DNA of 64,000 nt from an uncultured Candidatus Saccharibacteria bacterium. GTDB taxonomy: Bacteria; Patescibacteriota; Doudnabacteria; UBA920. This document shows positions 58,768-64,000 of the stretch, piece by piece; the stretch's first letter is position 1, and the number at the start of each line of letters is the position of its first letter. A model generated the notes under the pieces. It saw only the letters and a list, made by a program, of their open reading frames with translations, was not told the origin of the DNA and made no database searches. The stretch is from contig CAZVXT010000001.1 of the NCBI GenBank assembly GCA_964631145.1, positions 52,969 to 116,968 on the forward strand. Direction: 5' to 3'. The translations under genes were made by a program, and so were the position numbers.

Positions 58768-61700
58768 ATGCCAAATGTGCAGCTAGAAGCAATTGGTAGT
58801 ATTGACATACCTGGACAAAGACCTGTTCCCCGCAAGTTTTTCTCCCGTCAACACGAAACCGCTCAATTGCCTAACTTAATTGAGATCCAACTCAATTCAT
58901 ACAAATGGTTTTTTGATAAAGGTCTAAAAGAATTGTTAGATGAAATCAATCCAATTCATGATTTTACTAGCAAAAACCTCGAGTTATATTTTGGTGACTT
59001 CTTCTTTGATAAGCCAAAATATGATGAGATGACAGCTCGTGAGCGTAATACAACTTACGAAGCTCCTCTATATGTAAGTGCAAAATTAGTTAACAAGGTC
59101 ACTGGTAAAACTAAAACACAAGATGTGTATTTTGGTGATTTTCCATTGATGACCCCTCGCGGAACTTTTGTAATTAATGGCGTAGAACGTGTAGTAGTTA
59201 GTCAGCTTATCAAGTCTCCTGGTGTTTTCTTTACTAGTGAGTTTAGTCGTGGTCGCAATCTTTATGGTGCAAAAATTGTACCAAACAGAGGTGCGTGGTT
59301 AGAACTTGATACAGATAACGCTGGTGTTATTGGTGTAAAAATTGATCGCAAACGCCGTATTCCAATTACTGCATTATTGCGTGTTTTTGGTTTGTCTAGT
59401 AATCAAGAAATTTTAGAAGCATTTAAGGATGTTGATACAAATCCAGAAATGAAATACATCCAAGCGACTTTAGATAAAGATGTAAGTACAAATACTGATG
59501 AAGGTTTTAAAGAAGTTTATAAGCGTATCCGTCCTGGCGATTTGGCTACAGTAGATAATGCAAAGTCTTTGATCTCTGCAATGTTCTTTAACTTCGAACG
59601 TTATGATTTGTCTGAAGTGGGACGTTATAAATTTAATCAGCGTTTAGATATTGATGTAAAAAATGAAGATCGCATTCTTTCTTTAGAAGATATGCTTTTG
59701 GTTGTAAAAGAAATTATTCGTTTAAACAATACTGGCGAAGCTGCTGATGATATTGATCACTTAGCTAACCGTCGCATTCGTGCTGTAGGAGAGCTTATTC
59801 AAACTCGTTACCGTGTTGGTCTTGCTCGTATGGCTCGTATCGCAAAAGATCGTATGAGTTTGGCAGATTTAGAAACTGTTACTCCTGCACAATTAATCCA
59901 TGTTCGTCCTATTGTTGCTGCAAGTCAAGAATTTTTCTCTTCTTCTCAGCTATCTCAATTTATGGACCAAACAAATCCTTTGGCTGAGTTGGAGCACAAG
60001 CGTCGCTTGTCAGCAATGGGTCCTGGTGGTTTGTCCCGCGAACGTGCTGGTTTCGAAGTTCGTGACGTTCACCGTAGTCACTACGGACGTCTTTGTCCAA
60101 TTACTACACCTGAAGGTCCAAACATTGGTTTGGTTGCCCATATGGCAACTTATGCTCGTTTAAACGATTTTGGATTTATTGAAACCCCTTATCGAATTGT
60201 TAAAAAATTTGCAAAAAATGATGGAAAAGATGCTGTTGATGAAATAGCCTCCTTTGATATTAAAAACGAAAATGGTGATGTAATAGTAGAGGCTGGAAAA
60301 AAGATTTCTGAATCCGATGCAAAGAAGTTGCAAAAAATTGCAGACTTGGATCAGGTCCGTATTAAAGTTCGTGTTACCAAGAAGGTTCAATACATGGACG
60401 CTTACGAAGAAGAAAAGTTAACAATTGGTCCAGCTAATTTAGATACAGATGAAAATGGTTATTTTGTAGAAGATCGTGTTTCTGTTCGTGTACGTGGAGT
60501 TCCAACTATTGCCGATAGTAATGAAATTGACTGTATAGATATTTCTCCAAAGCAAATTATTTCTGTTACCACTTCTTTGATTCCATTTTTGGAACACGAT
60601 GATGCTAACCGTGCGTTGATGGGTTCTAACATGCAACGTCAAGCTGTTTCTTGTATCGTTCCCCGTGCTCCTATAATTGGTACTGGTATGGAAGGTAAAG
60701 CTGCTCGCGATAGTGGACAGGTGATTATGGCGGAAGAAGATGGTGAGGTTACCTCTGTAACCGGAAACAAAATTACTGTAAAGGGTGAAAGTGGTAAGAC
60801 TTATGAACATACTTTACTTAAGTTTTTACGCACCAACAGTGGTACTTCTATTAACCAGATTGCTCGCGCACAAAAGTATCAAAAAGTTAAAGCTGGTGAT
60901 GTTTTGGCCGATGGTACTTCAACAGAACATGGAGAATTGGCTTTAGGTCAAAATGTATTGGTTGCCTTTATGTCTTGGGAAGGTGGTAACTATGAAGATG
61001 CTATTTTGTTATCTAGTCGTTTAGTACAAGATGATTATTATACTTCTGTTCATATCGAAGACTTTAAGATCGACATTCGTGATACTAAATTAGGCGCAGA
61101 ACAAGTTACTCGTGATATTCCTAATGTAGGTGAAGAAAAATTGAAGAACTTGGATGAAACTGGTGTTGTAAGAATTGGTTCTCAAGTAAAAGCTGGTGAT
61201 ATCTTGGTAGGTAAAATTACACCTAAAGGTGAAACTGATTTAACTGCAGAAGAAAAATTGCTTCGTGTGATCTTTGGAGAAAAGAGCCGTGATGTAAAAG
61301 ATACTTCTCTTACTCTTCCACATGGTGAATACGGTAAGGTAGTAAACATTCGCGAGTTTAGTCGCGAAAATGGCGACAAGCTACAAAGCGGTGTTATAAG
61401 ATCTATTCAAGTTTCTATCGCCGTGCTTCGCAAGATTCAAGTTGGAGATAAAATGGCTGGGCGTCATGGTAACAAAGGTGTTATCTCTCGTATTATTCCA
61501 GTAGAAGATATGCCGTTTATGGCAGACGGAACTCAAGTTGATATTATTTTGAATCCTCTTGGTATCGTCTCTCGTATGAACCTTGGTCAAGTGCTCGAAA
61601 CTCATATGGGTTTTGCAGCTCGTAAACTTGGATATAAAGTTGCAACTCCAGTTCTTGATGGTTTGACTGAAGATATTATTAAAGAAGAATTGCAAAAAGC

Positions 61701-62247
61701 AGGAGTTTCTACTACTGGTAAAGTTACCTTGTATGATGGTAAAACCGGTGAAGCATTTGATGAGCCTGTAACTGTAGGTATGAAATACATGCTTAAACTC
61801 CATCACTTGGTTGATGACAAAATGCATGCTCGTTCTACAGGTCCTTACTCTTTAATTACTCAGCAACCTCTTGGTGGTAAAGCTCAAATGGGTGGACAGC
61901 GTTTCGGTGAAATGGAAGTATGGGCTTTAGAAGGATATGGGGCTGCTCATACATTACAAGAAATGTTGACTATCAAATCTGATGACGTTGTTGGAAGAAG
62001 TAAAACTTACGAATCTATTGTAAAAGGTGAACCAATCAAAAAACCTAATGTTCCAGAAAGTTTCCGTGTACTTGTAAAAGAGTTACAAAGCTTAGGTCTT
62101 GATGTAGAGTTGATTGGTGAACATGGAATAATGAGTGCTACAGAAGAACCTCCAATTATGGAAGAAGCACAGCCAGAGCCAGCGGTCGAAGCTTTGGGTG
62201 GTCCGTCTTTGTTTGATGAACCAGAGAAACCGAAAAAGAAAAAATAG
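58768..62247 (+). CDS. rpoB: DNA-directed RNA polymerase subunit beta
   Basis: 1159 aa; conserved beta motifs throughout (e.g. GFEVRDVH, NMQRQAVSCIVP, GDKMAGRHGNKGV). Confidence 0.97.
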   Translation: MPNVQLEAIGSIDIPGQRPVPRKFFSRQHETAQLPNLIEIQLNSYKWFFDKGLKELLDEINPIHDFTSKNLELYFGDFFFDKPKYDEMTARERNTTYEAPLYVSAKLVNKVTGKTKTQDVYFGDFPLMTPRGTFVINGVERVVVSQLIKSPGVFFTSEFSRGRNLYGAKIVPNRGAWLELDTDNAGVIGVKIDRKRRIPITALLRVFGLSSNQEILEAFKDVDTNPEMKYIQATLDKDVSTNTDEGFKEVYKRIRPGDLATVDNAKSLISAMFFNFERYDLSEVGRYKFNQRLDIDVKNEDRILSLEDMLLVVKEIIRLNNTGEAADDIDHLANRRIRAVGELIQTRYRVGLARMARIAKDRMSLADLETVTPAQLIHVRPIVAASQEFFSSSQLSQFMDQTNPLAELEHKRRLSAMGPGGLSRERAGFEVRDVHRSHYGRLCPITTPEGPNIGLVAHMATYARLNDFGFIETPYRIVKKFAKNDGKDAVDEIASFDIKNENGDVIVEAGKKISESDAKKLQKIADLDQVRIKVRVTKKVQYMDAYEEEKLTIGPANLDTDENGYFVEDRVSVRVRGVPTIADSNEIDCIDISPKQIISVTTSLIPFLEHDDANRALMGSNMQRQAVSCIVPRAPIIGTGMEGKAARDSGQVIMAEEDGEVTSVTGNKITVKGESGKTYEHTLLKFLRTNSGTSINQIARAQKYQKVKAGDVLADGTSTEHGELALGQNVLVAFMSWEGGNYEDAILLSSRLVQDDYYTSVHIEDFKIDIRDTKLGAEQVTRDIPNVGEEKLKNLDETGVVRIGSQVKAGDILVGKITPKGETDLTAEEKLLRVIFGEKSRDVKDTSLTLPHGEYGKVVNIREFSRENGDKLQSGVIRSIQVSIAVLRKIQVGDKMAGRHGNKGVISRIIPVEDMPFMADGTQVDIILNPLGIVSRMNLGQVLETHMGFAARKLGYKVATPVLDGLTEDIIKEELQKAGVSTTGKVTLYDGKTGEAFDEPVTVGMKYMLKLHHLVDDKMHARSTGPYSLITQQPLGGKAQMGGQRFGEMEVWALEGYGAAHTLQEMLTIKSDDVVGRSKTYESIVKGEPIKKPNVPESFRVLVKELQSLGLDVELIGEHGIMSATEEPPIMEEAQPEPAVEALGGPSLFDEPEKPKKKK

Positions 62248-62481
62248 GACGACTTCTAAATTTGAATAACTTCTTCGTTAAAATGCTCCGGTAATTTTCA
62301 CCGTAACAATTATTACGGCTCAAATTATCCTCACATTTTGCCTCGAGTTTATTTCAAATTTATAAGCCTTAAGAATTTAAAATAATTTTCTTAGCTTTCT
62401 ATTTAACAATTTTAAAAAGTGAGAGTACGGTGTTGTAAAATATTTCACTCTCACTTCTATCAAAGATAATTTAAATAAATT

Positions 62482-64000
62482 ATGTTTACACAAACTGAAG
62501 AATTTAAAGGTGTAAAAATCAAACTCGCTAGTCCGGAAACTATTTTAGAATGGTCTCATGGTGAAGTTACCAAACCAGAAACCATTAACTATCGTACTCA
62601 GCGTCCAGAAAAAGAAGGTTTGTTTGATGAAAAGATTTTTGGTCCTATTAAGGATTGGGAATGTTACTGTGGTAAATACAAGCGTATTCGTTACAAAAAT
62701 ATTATTTGTGACAAATGTGGTGTGGAAGTTACCAAAAGCAGTGTTCGCCGCGAACGCATGGGACATATTACTTTAGCTGTTCCTGTAGTTCATATTTGGT
62801 TTTTGCGCAGCGTTCCAAGTCGCTTAGGTTTAGTATTAGACTTAGGTGTTCAAGAACTAGAGCGCTTGGTGTATTTTGCAGCTTATATTATTACTGGTGT
62901 TGATGAAGAAGCTCGCAACGCAACTTTAGAACAAATTGAAGGTGAGTTTAAATCTAAAAAGAAAGAAATTGAAACTCGTTACGAAGGACTGCTTGGTAAA
63001 GCTCGTACCCAAATGGGACAAGATCTAAAAGGCGATCAAGACGTGGTTGCTGCAAAAATTGATGCAGAAGTTACTCGTCTAAAAGACATGTGGCAAAAAG
63101 AAGTTGATGCTTTAGAATCTATTCGCGATCAGGCTCGCAGCGAACTTAAGAGTATTCGCAAAATGCAAATTATTTCTGAACTTGCATACCGCGACCTTTC
63201 TCTAAAGTATGGACCTGTATTTACCGCTGGTATTGGTGCGGAAGCTCTTAAAGGTTTGTTGGAAGAAATTAACTTAGAAGAATTAGCAGCAGAATTAGAA
63301 ACCAGTTTAAAGAACAGTGAAGGGCAGGCTGCTAAAAAGATTTTACGTAGAGTTAAGTTAATCAAATCTATGGTGCGTAGTGGGGTTCGTCCAGAATGGA
63401 TGTTAATTACTCACTTGCCTGTAATACCACCAGATTTGCGTCCAATGGTTCAATTAGATGGTGGACGTTTTGCTACATCAGATTTAAACGATTTGTACCG
63501 TCGTGTTATTAACCGTAATAACCGTCTAAGAAAACTTCTAGAAATTAAATCTCCAGAAGTTATTACCAGAAACGAAAAGCGCATGCTTCAAGAAGCTGTT
63601 GATGCGCTAATTGATAACTCGGTTCGTCATGGTAAAGAAGTCACTGCTTCTACTGGGCAAAAGCGCAAGCTTCGCAGTTTGGCAGATATGCTTAAAGGTA
63701 AGCAAGGACGCTTCCGTCAAAACTTGCTTGGTAAACGTGTAGATTATAGTGGACGTAGTGTTATTGTGGTTGGTCCAAATTTACAATTGCACCAATGTGG
63801 TTTGCCAAAACAAATGGCTTTAGAATTATTTAAACCATTTGTAATTTCTAAACTTATTTCTAGAGAATATGCTCATAACGTCCGTAGTGCTAATCGTTTG
63901 ATCGAGCAGGGACGCAATGAAGTATGGGATATTTTAGAAGAAGTAACTAAAGATCACTTTGTACTTCTTAACCGTGCTCCGACCTTGCACAGACTTGGTT
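62482..64000 (+). CDS. rpoC: DNA-directed RNA polymerase subunit beta', 5' part (continues beyond the window)
   Basis: Hand translation [55 protein letters not shown]...[23 protein letters not shown] (zinc-binding motif) ...[10 protein letters not shown]; absent from the ORF track because there is no stop in the window. Confidence 0.95.
   Translation, partial: MFTQTEEFKGVKIKLASPETILEWSHGEVTKPETINYRTQRPEKEGLFDEKIFGPIKDWECYCGKYKRIRYKNIICDKCGVEVTKSSVRRERMGHITLAVPVVHIWFLRSVPSRLGLVLDLGVQELERLVYFAAYIITGVDEEARNATLEQIEGEFKSKKKEIETRYEGLLGKARTQMGQDLKGDQDVVAAKIDAEVTRLKDMWQKEVDALESIRDQARSELKSIRKMQIISELAYRDLSLKYGPVFTAGIGAEALKGLLEEINLEELAAELETSLKNSEGQAAKKILRRVKLIKSMVRSGVRPEWMLITHLPVIPPDLRPMVQLDGGRFATSDLNDLYRRVINRNNRLRKLLEIKSPEVITRNEKRMLQEAVDALIDNSVRHGKEVTASTGQKRKLRSLADMLKGKQGRFRQNLLGKRVDYSGRSVIVVGPNLQLHQCGLPKQMALELFKPFVISKLISREYAHNVRSANRLIEQGRNEVWDILEEVTKDHFVLLNRAPTLHRLG

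Overview
This window is a low-GC bacterial chromosome segment with compact housekeeping genes. Its content suggests a small-genome, possibly Patescibacteria/CPR-like, lineage, but that is an inference from gene content only and the lineage call is low confidence. The window spans the replication-origin neighbourhood: jag–yidC–yidD–rnpA–rpmH face dnaA–dnaN–recF, with DnaA-box clusters on both sides of dnaA. Core genes present are infB, rbfA, an nrnA-like gene, rpsA, gyrA, rsmI, yebC, ruvC, tyrS, a class A PBP, ruvB, tsaE, a PilB-like ATPase, polA, rpsT, uvrB, an ABC-2 transporter, tsaB, a MurE-like ligase, a FemAB-family gene, ruvA, rpoB and the 5' part of rpoC. Eight tRNA genes lie in three loci, alongside one tRNA-Val 5' fragment. 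No rRNA or CRISPR array was found, and tmRNA, RNase P RNA and SRP RNA consensus strings are absent.

The most striking pattern is a two-class gene architecture. Housekeeping genes have no Shine-Dalgarno sequence, and several have TATAAT at -12..-7 of the ATG, which suggests leaderless mRNAs. About 18 mostly unknown-function genes instead form standalone units, each with a promoter, a perfect AGGAGGA Shine-Dalgarno sequence and a terminator. This second set is the best candidate for accessory or undescribed systems. It includes:
- a tandem pair of paralogous membrane proteins;
- a catalytically dead NrnA paralog next to the PilB-like ATPase;
- a small basic-protein operon with an unannotated 47-aa ORF;
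- a RhuM–Doc fusion gene followed by an orphan gene;
- a divergent HD-domain dNTPase-like gene;
- a tRNA-bracketed islet of nucleotide-metabolism and GH73 lysin-like genes.

Other notable items are a tRNA-Ile with a UAU anticodon, a MurE-like ligase that lacks the N-terminal domain and has a non-canonical specificity motif, and rpoB standing alone behind a long structured leader.
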